64,000 bases of DNA, from the NCBI GenBank assembly GCA_044222185.1, contig JBGANV010000008.1:96001-160000 (forward strand). Reading direction: 5' to 3'. Shown here piece after piece: positions 29,249 through 38,284 of this stretch (positions are counted from its first letter, which is position 1; each line of letters opens with the position of its first letter). Under the pieces are notes generated by a model. It was not told where the DNA came from. It worked only from the letters and a program-made list of their open reading frames with translations, and ran no database searches. The position numbers and the translations under genes are program-made. The DNA comes from Planctomycetota bacterium. GTDB taxonomy: Bacteria; Planctomycetota; GCA-002687715; CAIWVZ01.

Positions 29249-29461
29249 TCACTTGCCGGCGCCCTTCAAGTAGTTGGTCGTGAGCGTCCTGGCCCAGTAG
29301 CGCGGGACGTCGTGCTCCTTCTGGAGGAAGGCGACGACGTCGTTCGACTTCTTCGAGGCCGCGCCGAAGGCGTCCAGGATCTTCTTCCACACGACGAGCG
29401 ACTTGCCCGTCTTCTCGATCACCTGCTCGTCGTCCACGTCCCAATAGTCGGCTCGCACCAT
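29249..29461 (-). CDS. DUF4287-like small protein
   Basis: EKTGKS..W...L...FLQKEHDV..YWA pattern; third gene of the ArsR-SRPBCC unit. Confidence 0.75.
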   Translation of the reverse strand: MVRADYWDVDDEQVIEKTGKSLVVWKKILDAFGAASKKSNDVVAFLQKEHDVPRYWARTLTTNYLKGAGK

Positions 29462-29497
29462 CTGATTCTCTCCGTGAGTTGAACCGGCTGACGCGCG

Positions 29498-29950
29498 TCA
29501 GGGTTTGCGATCCACGAGCCCCGTTGGCCCTCTCGTCGCGAGCACTTCGAGGGCTGCGGGCAGCTCGACCTTGAACTTCTTCTTCCAACCGCTGGCCATC
29601 ATGATCCTCCCGAAGAAGTCGCCAAATCCCTGGAAGCCGTCGTGTTCGAGGAGCAACCGCGTTCCGTCGCCCTTCGCTTCCAGCGTCCAGCGCACGGTCT
29701 GGGGCGACTTCTTCTCGTCGCCCTTCCACGAATACACGAGGCGATGCGGCGGAGCGATCTCCAGGACCTCGCACTCGACGTACCCGCGCCAGCCCGGGAC
29801 CTTCTTCCAGCGCAACTGAAAGCGGTGGCCCAGACGCGGCTCGAAGTCGTTGGGCATGAGCCACGCGCCGATGCCCTTGGACGTAGCGATCGCGGTCCAG
29901 ACGCGTTCGATCGGATGTGGATAGAAGCGTTCCAGGCGAATGTCCTTCAT
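29498..29950 (-). CDS. SRPBCC/AHSA1-domain protein
   Basis: HPIERVWTAI...WLMPNDFEP, VLEIAPPHRLVYSW, GTRLLLEH, GW. Confidence 0.92.
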   Translation of the reverse strand: MKDIRLERFYPHPIERVWTAIATSKGIGAWLMPNDFEPRLGHRFQLRWKKVPGWRGYVECEVLEIAPPHRLVYSWKGDEKKSPQTVRWTLEAKGDGTRLLLEHDGFQGFGDFFGRIMMASGWKKKFKVELPAALEVLATRGPTGLVDRKP

Positions 29951-30276
29951 CGTGAGTTCTCCAGGTGCCGACCCAGGGCATCGAGACGCTCCTCCCAGAA
30001 ACGACGGAAGGGAGAGATCCACGTGTCGATCATCTGAAGCGGCGACGGGTCGAGGGAGTAGAGCTGTTGGCGGCCCGCGCGCTCGACGCGCACGAGGCCC
30101 GCGTCACGGAGCACGCGCAGGTGCTTGGAGAATGCCGGCTGGCTTGCGGGAAAACCCCGCCCCAGATCCAACGCCGGAGTCGCGCCCTGGCTCGCCAGGC
30201 GATTCAGGATCGTGCGGCGTGCCGGGTCCGAGATCGCTCGAAACACCAGCTTCTCTCTGACGGCTCGTGCAACCAT
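29947..30276 (-). CDS. ArsR/SmtB family transcriptional regulator
   Basis: FRAISDPARRTIL, SQPAFSKHLRVLRDAGLV; alternative start at 30288. Confidence 0.92.
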   Translation of the reverse strand: MVARAVREKLVFRAISDPARRTILNRLASQGATPALDLGRGFPASQPAFSKHLRVLRDAGLVRVERAGRQQLYSLDPSPLQMIDTWISPFRRFWEERLDALGRHLENSR

Positions 30277-30287
30277 GGCGCCGATCA

Positions 30288-30305
30288 TATAACCGTAAGG
30301 TTATA
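30288..30305. promoter_or_regulatory. Perfect 7-4-7 palindrome TATAACC-GTAA-GGTTATA, probable ArsR operator
   Basis: AT-rich inverted repeat immediately upstream of the ArsR gene in a GC-rich background. Confidence 0.7.
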
Positions 30306-30431
30306 CAATCAAGAGACGCGCGCACGATCCCTGAACCGGTCGAACCCAGGCACGAGGCGCTCGACGGAACTCCCGCGCTTGCGCGGTCACGACCCCCCTG
30401 CCAGTGTGGCCGCGCCAGAACGACGATCGTC

Positions 30432-31484
30432 ATGAACCAACGAATCCCCGTCGCGATCCTCGGCGCCACCGGAATGGTCGGACAGCGCTTCGTCCGCCGC
30501 CTCGCGCGCCATCCTCGGTTCGAGATCCGCTGGCTGGCGGCATCCGAGCGAAACGCGGGACGGACGTACCGCGAGGCGTGTGTCTGGCGGCTCGGCGGCG
30601 ACCCGTACGAAGGACTGGGCGATCTCGTCCTGGTCGACGCAACGCCCACGGCGGCTGCCGCCCGCTGCGTCTTCAGCGCCCTCGACAGCATCCCAGCCCA
30701 GGAGATCGAGCCCGCATTCGCACGGGCCGGCGCGTTCGTCTTCTCGAACGCCTCGGCATTCCGCATGGCGCCGGACGTGCCGCTCCTCGTGCCGGAGGTG
30801 AACGCGGACCATCTCGGTCTCGTCGCGAGGCAACGCCGCGTGCGAGGGTGGAGCGGCGCCATCGTCACGAACCCCAACTGCACCGCCACGGTCCTCGTCA
30901 TGGCGCTCGCCCCGCTCCACCGCGCGTTCGGCGTCGACACCGTGATGATGACATCCATGCAAGCCGTGAGCGGCGCCGGCTATCCGGGCGTCCCCAGCTT
31001 CGACATCCTCGGGAACGTGATCCCCCACATCCGCGGCGAGGAAGCAAAGGTCGAAGAGGAAACTCCCAAACTGCTCGGTCGGTTCGCGGACGGCGAAGTC
31101 ACACCGGCGCCCATGGCGATCTCCGCCCTGTGCCACCGCGTTCCCGTGCTCGAAGGGCATTCCGAAGCCGTCTCGGTCCGGTTGCGCGGCGATCCCGGCG
31201 AGGCGGAGGTCTGCGACGTGCTTCGCTCGTTCCGCGGTCCGCCCCAGGAACTGGGCCTGCACTCGGCCCCGCCGGTCCCGATCCGCCTGCACCTGGCGGA
31301 GGACCGCCCGCAGGTCCGACTGGACGTGGAAGCGGACGCGGGCATGTCGGTGCACGTCGGGCGAGTCCGCTCCTGTCCCGTCCTCGGGATCAAGTTCGCG
31401 CTGCTCGGGCACAACACGGAGCGCGGCGCCGCGGGCGCCAGCGTTCTCAATGCCGAGCTGGCGCTGGCGCGCGGGATGTTGTGA
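30432..31484 (+). CDS. asd: Aspartate-semialdehyde dehydrogenase (archaeal/fungal-type subfamily)
   Basis: ILGATGMVGQRF, SNASAFRM, VPEVN, TNPNC, QAVSGAGYPG, HNTERGAAG. Confidence 0.95.
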   Translation: MNQRIPVAILGATGMVGQRFVRRLARHPRFEIRWLAASERNAGRTYREACVWRLGGDPYEGLGDLVLVDATPTAAAARCVFSALDSIPAQEIEPAFARAGAFVFSNASAFRMAPDVPLLVPEVNADHLGLVARQRRVRGWSGAIVTNPNCTATVLVMALAPLHRAFGVDTVMMTSMQAVSGAGYPGVPSFDILGNVIPHIRGEEAKVEEETPKLLGRFADGEVTPAPMAISALCHRVPVLEGHSEAVSVRLRGDPGEAEVCDVLRSFRGPPQELGLHSAPPVPIRLHLAEDRPQVRLDVEADAGMSVHVGRVRSCPVLGIKFALLGHNTERGAAGASVLNAELALARGML

Positions 31485-31508
31485 CGCCGCGGCCTCGCGG
31501 CAGGCGCG

Positions 31509-33935
31509 TCACTTCTTCGGAGCAGCCGCGAGTCGGTAGGTCTCGGGCGTGGCGATCACGTCTCCCGTGAGCGACTTGAGCGTCAGCAGCGCCTCGCCGG
31601 CGCCGCCCGACTTGAGTCGGATCCTGCCGGGGAATTTCACGCCGAGCGCGTCCTGGTACCGATCGAACCGCGCGTCCAGCTCTTCGTTCGTGCCGGAAGC
31701 GTCCTTCACGTTCGCGATCAGGCGAAGCGTGAGTCCCGTCGCGACGTCGAGCCAAAGCGTCACCGGCTCGTCATCCTTGACGTATCCCGTCACGACGACC
31801 GCAGGGCTCCCGTCGATCACGTCCTCCTTCGTGACCTCGAGCCGGTCGAACAGGGCGCGCAGGTCACCGAAGAACGGGGCGCATCCGCTCATGCGCTTCG
31901 AGCGCGCCGCGACCCCCGTCGTCTCCGTGACGTCGTCGGTGAGCGCGCGCTCGAAGGCCGACGTGCCATCGAAGGCGCTTTCGATCCGCCCGTACACCCC
32001 CAGGTCGACGAGCTGGGCGAACTTTTCATCGCGGAACGTGAAGCTCACGGATCCGCCCACGCCCTGGTTGACGAACTCGACGGTGCCATCCAGGCGCGCG
32101 TCGCCGAGCGCGGCCACTGCATCGCGCCCGAACGATTTCGAACGTTTCCGCAGGATCTCGTCGATCGAGGGCATCGGACGGGACTCCGGTGCCGCCGTCT
32201 TCTTGACGACGTACGTCTTCCCGGCCTGGACGAAATCGATCGCGTCGACCTGCCCGGCGGCGTCCTTCCGGAACGTGAGCGACATCCCGCCCGTGAGCTC
32301 GTCGATCCAGCGCCCCTGGTCGTCGGGCCACTTGAGGACGAAGAACATCTGCCGTGGGACATCGAAGCCCAACCGGCCGTCACGAACCTCGACCTTCCAC
32401 GTCTCTTTGCGCGGCTCGAACAGGTACGTGCCCTCGAGCGCGCGAAGTTCGGACATGCTCAGCGGCGGAGGCGGCTGGGGCGGCTGCGGCACACCTTGCT
32501 TCGGCATGCGGAACGTCGCGCCGCCCTGATGAAGGCGCATGGCGATGACGCGTCCGCCAGCCTCGGGCCGCGGGTCGCGCTCGAACTCGAGCTTGATCGT
32601 GTTCGTGATCTTGAAGAACCAGAACCCCGCCTGGTCCGGCCACCTCAACTCGTAGACCGTCTGGCCAGGGACGTCCAGGTGGAGGTGCCCGTCCTTCACG
32701 AGCACCTTGCAGTCCATCTTCATCTCCTTGGATGGATAGGTGCCCACCATCTCCTGGAGCTTGGACGCGGGCAGGACACCGACGCCGGCGTCCTTCGGCG
32801 GGAACAAGGCGTCCCACACCATGGGCGCGACCGTCGCCTGGAGCATCGCGTGCTCCGCGTTCGTCAACAGCACGACGCCGGCATGACGATCGGGGAGCAT
32901 GGCGACCTCGGCCGAGAACCCGTCGATGTTGCCGCCGTGCTCGACGTACCGCTGTCCACCCCAGTCGCGAATCATCCAGCCGAGCCCGTAGCCGGCGCCG
33001 CCGCCAGGCATGTCGATCTGGGTCTTCCACGTCTCCTCGATCCGCGCGGCGCTGACCAGCTTCTTCCCGCCGAGGGTCCCGCGTCCCAGCTGGAACCGCA
33101 GCCACTGCGCCATGTCGAGCGCACTGGCATTGATCGCGCCCGCCGGTGCGATGGCACTGAGATCCCTCATGGGCCGGACACGCTGGATCTTCTTGTCCTC
33201 GATCCAGGCGTATCCCGTGGCGTGATCCTTGGCCGCCAGCATGTCCCGGATCGAGGTGTTCGCCGTCGTCATCCCGAGGGGAACGAACAGGCGCTCCTTC
33301 ATCAGCGTGTGCCAGTCGGAGCCGCCGATCGTCGCGGCCGCAAGACCTGCCGCGAGGAACATCGGGTTGTTGTAGTTCCACGCCTTGCGGAACTCGCCGA
33401 CGGCCTCCGCGCGCGCCACCGCCGCCAGGACGTCATCGGCGGTCGCCTTGCCCCCGTACCAACAGAGGTCCGTCCGCATGAGACCGCACCGATGGCAGAG
33501 GAGGTCGCGAACGGTGATCTCCTCGTTCGCCTTCGGGTCCTTCAACCGAAGGGACGGGACGAAGTTCCTCGCGCGCTCATCCCAGCCCGCAAGCCTGCCG
33601 TCGTCGATCTGCATGGCGAGCAAGGTGCTCGTGAATGCCTTGCTGGACGACCCGATGGCGAAGAGCGTGTTCTCGGTCACCGGCGTCTGGGCGTCGACGT
33701 TCCGAAGGCCGAACCCCCGGGCCAGCACCACGGCGTCGTCCACGACGATCGCGACGGCCATTCCGGCGACGTGCCCCTCGATCCGCGCGGCTTCGAGTTT
33801 CCGCTCGAGGTCGGCGAGCCGTTCGTCACGACTCTCGGGGCGCGACTCGGGCGCCGGCGGCGCGGCCGGCTGCTGAGCCAACGACGGTACGACGACGCAC
33901 AGCAGCCAGAACGACGCGAGAAGCTGTGATTGCAT
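31509..33935 (-). CDS. Secreted serine hydrolase (beta-lactamase/AmpC-like) with C-terminal extension domains
   Basis: Signal peptide; SxxK (GSSSK), YNN and HGG motifs; two repeated LDVPGQ/FDVPRQ..L.WPD modules and a LolA-like tail. Confidence 0.9.
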   Translation of the reverse strand: MQSQLLASFWLLCVVVPSLAQQPAAPPAPESRPESRDERLADLERKLEAARIEGHVAGMAVAIVVDDAVVLARGFGLRNVDAQTPVTENTLFAIGSSSKAFTSTLLAMQIDDGRLAGWDERARNFVPSLRLKDPKANEEITVRDLLCHRCGLMRTDLCWYGGKATADDVLAAVARAEAVGEFRKAWNYNNPMFLAAGLAAATIGGSDWHTLMKERLFVPLGMTTANTSIRDMLAAKDHATGYAWIEDKKIQRVRPMRDLSAIAPAGAINASALDMAQWLRFQLGRGTLGGKKLVSAARIEETWKTQIDMPGGGAGYGLGWMIRDWGGQRYVEHGGNIDGFSAEVAMLPDRHAGVVLLTNAEHAMLQATVAPMVWDALFPPKDAGVGVLPASKLQEMVGTYPSKEMKMDCKVLVKDGHLHLDVPGQTVYELRWPDQAGFWFFKITNTIKLEFERDPRPEAGGRVIAMRLHQGGATFRMPKQGVPQPPQPPPPLSMSELRALEGTYLFEPRKETWKVEVRDGRLGFDVPRQMFFVLKWPDDQGRWIDELTGGMSLTFRKDAAGQVDAIDFVQAGKTYVVKKTAAPESRPMPSIDEILRKRSKSFGRDAVAALGDARLDGTVEFVNQGVGGSVSFTFRDEKFAQLVDLGVYGRIESAFDGTSAFERALTDDVTETTGVAARSKRMSGCAPFFGDLRALFDRLEVTKEDVIDGSPAVVVTGYVKDDEPVTLWLDVATGLTLRLIANVKDASGTNEELDARFDRYQDALGVKFPGRIRLKSGGAGEALLTLKSLTGDVIATPETYRLAAAPKK

Positions 33936-34083
33936 GTTTGATCCTTCGATCGAACGGCCGGAGTTTCATCTTCGGGCGGCGCGTCGGCCTCGGCGCACAC
34001 GAAGACCCTGCCGGCACTGGTTGGTGGCGCGATCTGCGATTTCCTTCGGTGATCCGGCCAATCGGCCGGAGGAGCCCCGCCGC

Positions 34084-35148
34084 TCACGCTCTCGGCGAGA
34101 GGTCGGAGGCGAGGCGGATCGCCAGTGCACGCTCCGCCGCTCGCGCTCCACCCGGATCGGTGTAGCTGTTGTATCCGCTGCCGAGCGGATACGAACGCTG
34201 GATGTTGTCCCACAACTCGTGAGCAATCTCCCCGAGGTGTGGACTCCCGATGTAGTACCGGGGCGACGAGATCTCCGAGTCTGCGATGTTCAGATGCCAC
34301 GCGAGGTAGTCGACACCGATCTCCTTCGCCATGCGTCTTGCGAGATCCATTTCCTCGGGCGAGTCGTTCCACTTGAAGAGGATGTATCGCCACGCGGTCA
34401 GCGGACGCGTCCGGCCCTGGGCGCGGCGCATCCGCAGGATCGCGCGCAGGCTTTCGATCACGTGATCGAAATCGCCGCCGACGCGGTACTTGGCATAACT
34501 CGTGGGCGTCGCACCGTCGATCGAGAAGATCACGCCGTCGATGCCGCAATCCAGCAGCTCCTGGCGCTCCTTCTCCGTCCGGAAGTAGTGCCCGTTCGTG
34601 CTCGTGAGGATGAAAACGCCCGGGTTGTGTTCCTTCGCGTAGCGGAGCATGCGGCCCCATTGCTTGTGCATGAAGTTCTCACCGCCCAGGTGGAATTCCA
34701 TGTACTCGAGCGTGGGGGATAGCCCGTCGATGATCTTGCAGTACGAGTCCCAATCGAGGACGAGCCGACCATCCCGATTCCCTTCGATCGCCTCGCGATC
34801 GCAACCGGGGCATTTGAGGTTGCAGGCCGCGACCGACTCGATGTAGAGCGCGCGCGGCCTGGGAAGTCCCCGCAAACTCTCCGTGTCCGCCGGTGGCTGG
34901 GCGATCCGATTTGGGCAGCCGCGACAAATGGGGACGTCGTCGATGTCGTTGAGGATCGCACCCCGCAGCCCGGCGTAGGCATCGCCGTTCCAGATCTGCT
35001 CGACGCTCTGATCCCGGATGTTGCCCAGGGGGTTGGTGCGTGCGGCGTCGATGCATGCGCAGACGGCCGTGCCGTCCGAGAGGAACGTCATGGCCTGCCA
35101 CGGGTACGCACAGTAGCGGTTCAGTTTGGGGTCGACGCGAGTATCCAT
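34084..35148 (-). CDS. Radical SAM protein with N-terminal SPASM/twitch-like domain
   Basis: CNLKCPGC core motif, GGE, FSIDG; N-terminal CAYPW..DG...CAC..LGNI...IWNG...CRGC. Confidence 0.88.
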   Translation of the reverse strand: MDTRVDPKLNRYCAYPWQAMTFLSDGTAVCACIDAARTNPLGNIRDQSVEQIWNGDAYAGLRGAILNDIDDVPICRGCPNRIAQPPADTESLRGLPRPRALYIESVAACNLKCPGCDREAIEGNRDGRLVLDWDSYCKIIDGLSPTLEYMEFHLGGENFMHKQWGRMLRYAKEHNPGVFILTSTNGHYFRTEKERQELLDCGIDGVIFSIDGATPTSYAKYRVGGDFDHVIESLRAILRMRRAQGRTRPLTAWRYILFKWNDSPEEMDLARRMAKEIGVDYLAWHLNIADSEISSPRYYIGSPHLGEIAHELWDNIQRSYPLGSGYNSYTDPGGARAAERALAIRLASDLSPRA

Positions 35149-35241
35149 GAGTCCGTCCCTGCCGAAGTCGCAACCGCCAGCCTACGCGGCACGTCGCGGC
35201 GGTCAACCGCGCGCCGCTCAAAGCCTGTAAAGTCATCGGCC

Positions 35242-36282
35242 ATGCCAACACCCATGACTCAGACTTCGAACGCCGTGCCCTCGCCCGAGCGAATCATGCA
35301 GCTCGCCTGGGGCTTCGGTCCGACGCACGTCCTGTCGACCGCATTGGAGCTGGACGTGTTCACGCTCGTCGCGTCCGGGCGTGCGAGCCTCTCCGAGATC
35401 GCGGCGGCCAACGGCGCATCCGCACGCGGTCTCCGCAACTTGCTGAATGCTCTCGTGGGCTTCGGACTCCTGACCCGCAGCGGTGACGGAGATGCAGCAC
35501 GCTTCGCCAATTCGCCTGACGCCGAAGCGTTCCTCGTGAAGGGCCGCCCCGCCTATCGCGGCGACTTCATCACGTTCCACTCGGAGCTTCACCTGAGACA
35601 CTGGTCCAGGTTGACCGAGTCGGTCCGGTCGGGAAAGCCCGTCCTCGCCGTGGACGATCCCGCCCAGGGGCTCCCGTTCTGGGAGAAACTCGTCGGAGGG
35701 TTGTTCGGCACGAACTACCCGGCGGCTCGCGCGGTCGGCGAGGAGCTCCGGCGGGTGCACGGGGACGGTCCTCTGCGCGTACTCGACGTCGCCGCCGGTT
35801 CGGGCGTGTGGGGCATCGGCGTCGCGCACGTGGCTCCGAACGCACGCGTGACCGCGTTCGACCTGGCCGGCACGCTCGAGCTCACACGCCCCATCGCTGC
35901 GAGGGAACAGGTCCAGGATCGCGTCGAGCTGATGCCCGGAGACATCCGCCAGGATGATTTCGGCTCGGGGTACGACGCCGTGATCCTGGGCCACATCTGT
36001 CACTCGGAAGGCGCCGCCCAGACACGGGCACTCCTGGCAAAGTGTGCACGCGCCATTCGGCCCGGCGGAACGCTCGCGATCGCCGAGTTCCTCGTCGACG
36101 ACGATCGCCGCGGGACGCCTCAGGGGTTGCTCTTCGCGCTGAACATGCTCCTGCTCACGACGGACGGTGATACGTTCAGCCTCGCCGAATTCCGGCAGTG
36201 GCTCGCGCAGGCGGGGTTCCGCGACGTTCGCACGCTTGCAGCGCCGGCCCCGTCGCCCATCATCCTGGCCACACGAAACTGA
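35242..36282 (+). CDS. SAM-dependent O-methyltransferase (dimerisation plus Methyltransf_2 domain)
   Basis: ALELDVF N-terminal domain, VLDVAAGSG, GDI, YDAVILGHICH, PGGTLAIAE. Confidence 0.92.
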   Translation: MPTPMTQTSNAVPSPERIMQLAWGFGPTHVLSTALELDVFTLVASGRASLSEIAAANGASARGLRNLLNALVGFGLLTRSGDGDAARFANSPDAEAFLVKGRPAYRGDFITFHSELHLRHWSRLTESVRSGKPVLAVDDPAQGLPFWEKLVGGLFGTNYPAARAVGEELRRVHGDGPLRVLDVAAGSGVWGIGVAHVAPNARVTAFDLAGTLELTRPIAAREQVQDRVELMPGDIRQDDFGSGYDAVILGHICHSEGAAQTRALLAKCARAIRPGGTLAIAEFLVDDDRRGTPQGLLFALNMLLLTTDGDTFSLAEFRQWLAQAGFRDVRTLAAPAPSPIILATRN

Positions 36283-36305
36283 ACATGGATTGGAGGAGAA
36301 CCCGA

Positions 36306-38186
36306 ATGACGCTCCGGTCGCTGTCCATCCGGCTCGCGTGCATGCTGGCGCTTGCGGCCATCGCCGTCGCACAGTCGATGAACCCCCAGATCTTCGACGT
36401 GAAGGCGCACTACACGAAACAGGAGCACAGCATCGCCATGCGGGACGGCGTGAAGCTGTTCACCTCGATCTACGCTCCGAGGGACACGTCGAAGCCCTAC
36501 CCCATCATGCTCAACCGCACGCCGTACGGGGTCGGGCCCTATGGAGCGGACGCCTATCGCACGAGCGTCGGCCCGTCGAACGAGATGGCCGCGGACGGAT
36601 ACATCTTCGTGTACCAGGACGTGCGCGGGAAGTTCATGTCCGAGGGCACGTTCGCCATGATGCGTCCCTTCATCGAGGACAAGAAGACTCCGCAGGACGT
36701 CGACGAGAACAGCGACACGTTCGACACGATCGAGTGGCTGCTCAAGAACGTCCCGAACGACAACGGACGCGTCGGCATGTGGGGGATCTCCTACCCGGGG
36801 TTCTACACCTCCATGGGCGTGATCGATTCACACCCCGCGCTGAAGGCGGCCTCACCCCAGGCGCCGATCGCCGACATGTTCACGGGGGACGATTTCCACC
36901 ACCACGGCGCGTTCTTCCTCGCGCACGCGTTCAGGTTTCTCGCGACGAACACACGAGCGCGCACGGGCCCGACGACGCAGCCGTCGCCGCCGCTCCGCTA
37001 CCCGACGCCTGACGGCTACCGCTTCTTCCTCGAACTCGGCGCCCTCTCGAACGTCAACCGCCTGTACTTCCACGGCGAGAATCCCGTATGGAACGACTAC
37101 ATGGCCCACCCGGACTATGACGGGTATTGGAAGGCCCAGAACATCCTCCCACACCTCCACGGCGTGAAGGCCGCGGTGATGACGGTGGGAGGGTGGTTCG
37201 ATTCGGAGGACCTCCACGGTCCGATGAAGACGTATCGAACGATCGAGAAGAACAGCCCGGGGACGACGAACGTCCTCGTGGCTGGGCCCTGGTTCCACGG
37301 CGGATGGGCGCGATCCGACGGCGATCAGCTGGGCGTCGTGCCCTTCGGCTCGAAGACGTCGCTCCACTACCGGGCCGAGATCGAGCTGCGCTTCTTCCGC
37401 AAGCACCTCAAGGACTCGGCGGACCCCGACCTGCCCGAGGCGTCGGTGTTCGAGACCGGCAGCAACACCTGGCGCGCATTCGACCACTGGCCGCCCACCC
37501 ACGTGAAGCCGAAGTCCCTCTACTTCCGCGCCGACGGGGGCCTGTCGTTCGAGCCTCCCACGGAGGACGGCCCGGATGCCGCGGACACCTACATGAGCGA
37601 TCCGCGCCGACCCGTGCCATTCACGTCGGAGGTTCGCAACACGATGGGGCACGAGTTCATGATCGAGGACCAGCGATTCGCATGGATGCGGCCGGATGTC
37701 CTCTCCTACGAAACCCCTCCGCTCGAGAACGACGTGACGATCGTCGGCCCGCTCGTCGCCAACCTCCACGTGACGACGACTGGGACGGATTGTGATTGGG
37801 TCGTGAAGCTCATCGACGTCCTGCCGGGTGACGCACCGGACACCAGGCCGGACGCCGGGGCCCCACGCTTCGGGCATTTCCAGATGCTCGTCCGCGGCGA
37901 GGTCTTCCGCTCGCGATACCGCACGGGCTACGACAAGCCGACGGCCATGGTCCCGGGAGCGACGACGCCCATCTCCTTCGAGCTCCAGGACGTCTGCCAC
38001 GCGTTCAAGAAGGGCCACCGGATCATGGTGCAGGTGCAGAGCTCCTGGTTCCCGCTCGTCGACTGCAATCCGCAAACGTTCGTGAACGTCTACGATGCGA
38101 AGCCGTCCGACTTCCGCGCGGCAACCCAGCGAGTCATCCGTTCGAGCCGCATGCCGTCCTCGCTCGAAGTGACGGTGTTGGAGTAA
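36306..38186 (+). CDS. CocE/NonD family hydrolase (alpha-amino acid ester hydrolase-like), secreted
   Basis: Signal peptide, MRDGVKL, RTPY, QDVRG, GISYPG nucleophile elbow, GPWFHG. Confidence 0.93.
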   Translation: MTLRSLSIRLACMLALAAIAVAQSMNPQIFDVKAHYTKQEHSIAMRDGVKLFTSIYAPRDTSKPYPIMLNRTPYGVGPYGADAYRTSVGPSNEMAADGYIFVYQDVRGKFMSEGTFAMMRPFIEDKKTPQDVDENSDTFDTIEWLLKNVPNDNGRVGMWGISYPGFYTSMGVIDSHPALKAASPQAPIADMFTGDDFHHHGAFFLAHAFRFLATNTRARTGPTTQPSPPLRYPTPDGYRFFLELGALSNVNRLYFHGENPVWNDYMAHPDYDGYWKAQNILPHLHGVKAAVMTVGGWFDSEDLHGPMKTYRTIEKNSPGTTNVLVAGPWFHGGWARSDGDQLGVVPFGSKTSLHYRAEIELRFFRKHLKDSADPDLPEASVFETGSNTWRAFDHWPPTHVKPKSLYFRADGGLSFEPPTEDGPDAADTYMSDPRRPVPFTSEVRNTMGHEFMIEDQRFAWMRPDVLSYETPPLENDVTIVGPLVANLHVTTTGTDCDWVVKLIDVLPGDAPDTRPDAGAPRFGHFQMLVRGEVFRSRYRTGYDKPTAMVPGATTPISFELQDVCHAFKKGHRIMVQVQSSWFPLVDCNPQTFVNVYDAKPSDFRAATQRVIRSSRMPSSLEVTVLE

Positions 38187-38224
38187 GTCGGGCTTGAAGC
38201 CGCACCGCCGCGGCCAACGGCGAA

Positions 38225-38252
38225 CTGGCTCCGCGCACGGGCGCGGAGCCAG
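38225..38252. terminator. GC hairpin between convergent genes
   Basis: CTGGCTCCGCGC-ACGG-GCGCGGAGCCAG, a perfect 12-bp stem; no U-tract. Confidence 0.5.
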
Positions 38253-38284
38253 GACGGGACGTCACTCGTCTCGATGAAGAAGTC

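Noticed and set aside
31509-38186. Serine hydrolase, radical SAM, O-methyltransferase and CocE as a biosynthetic gene cluster
   Set aside because: No scaffold enzyme, precursor peptide or transporter is present and orientations are mixed, so support is insufficient.
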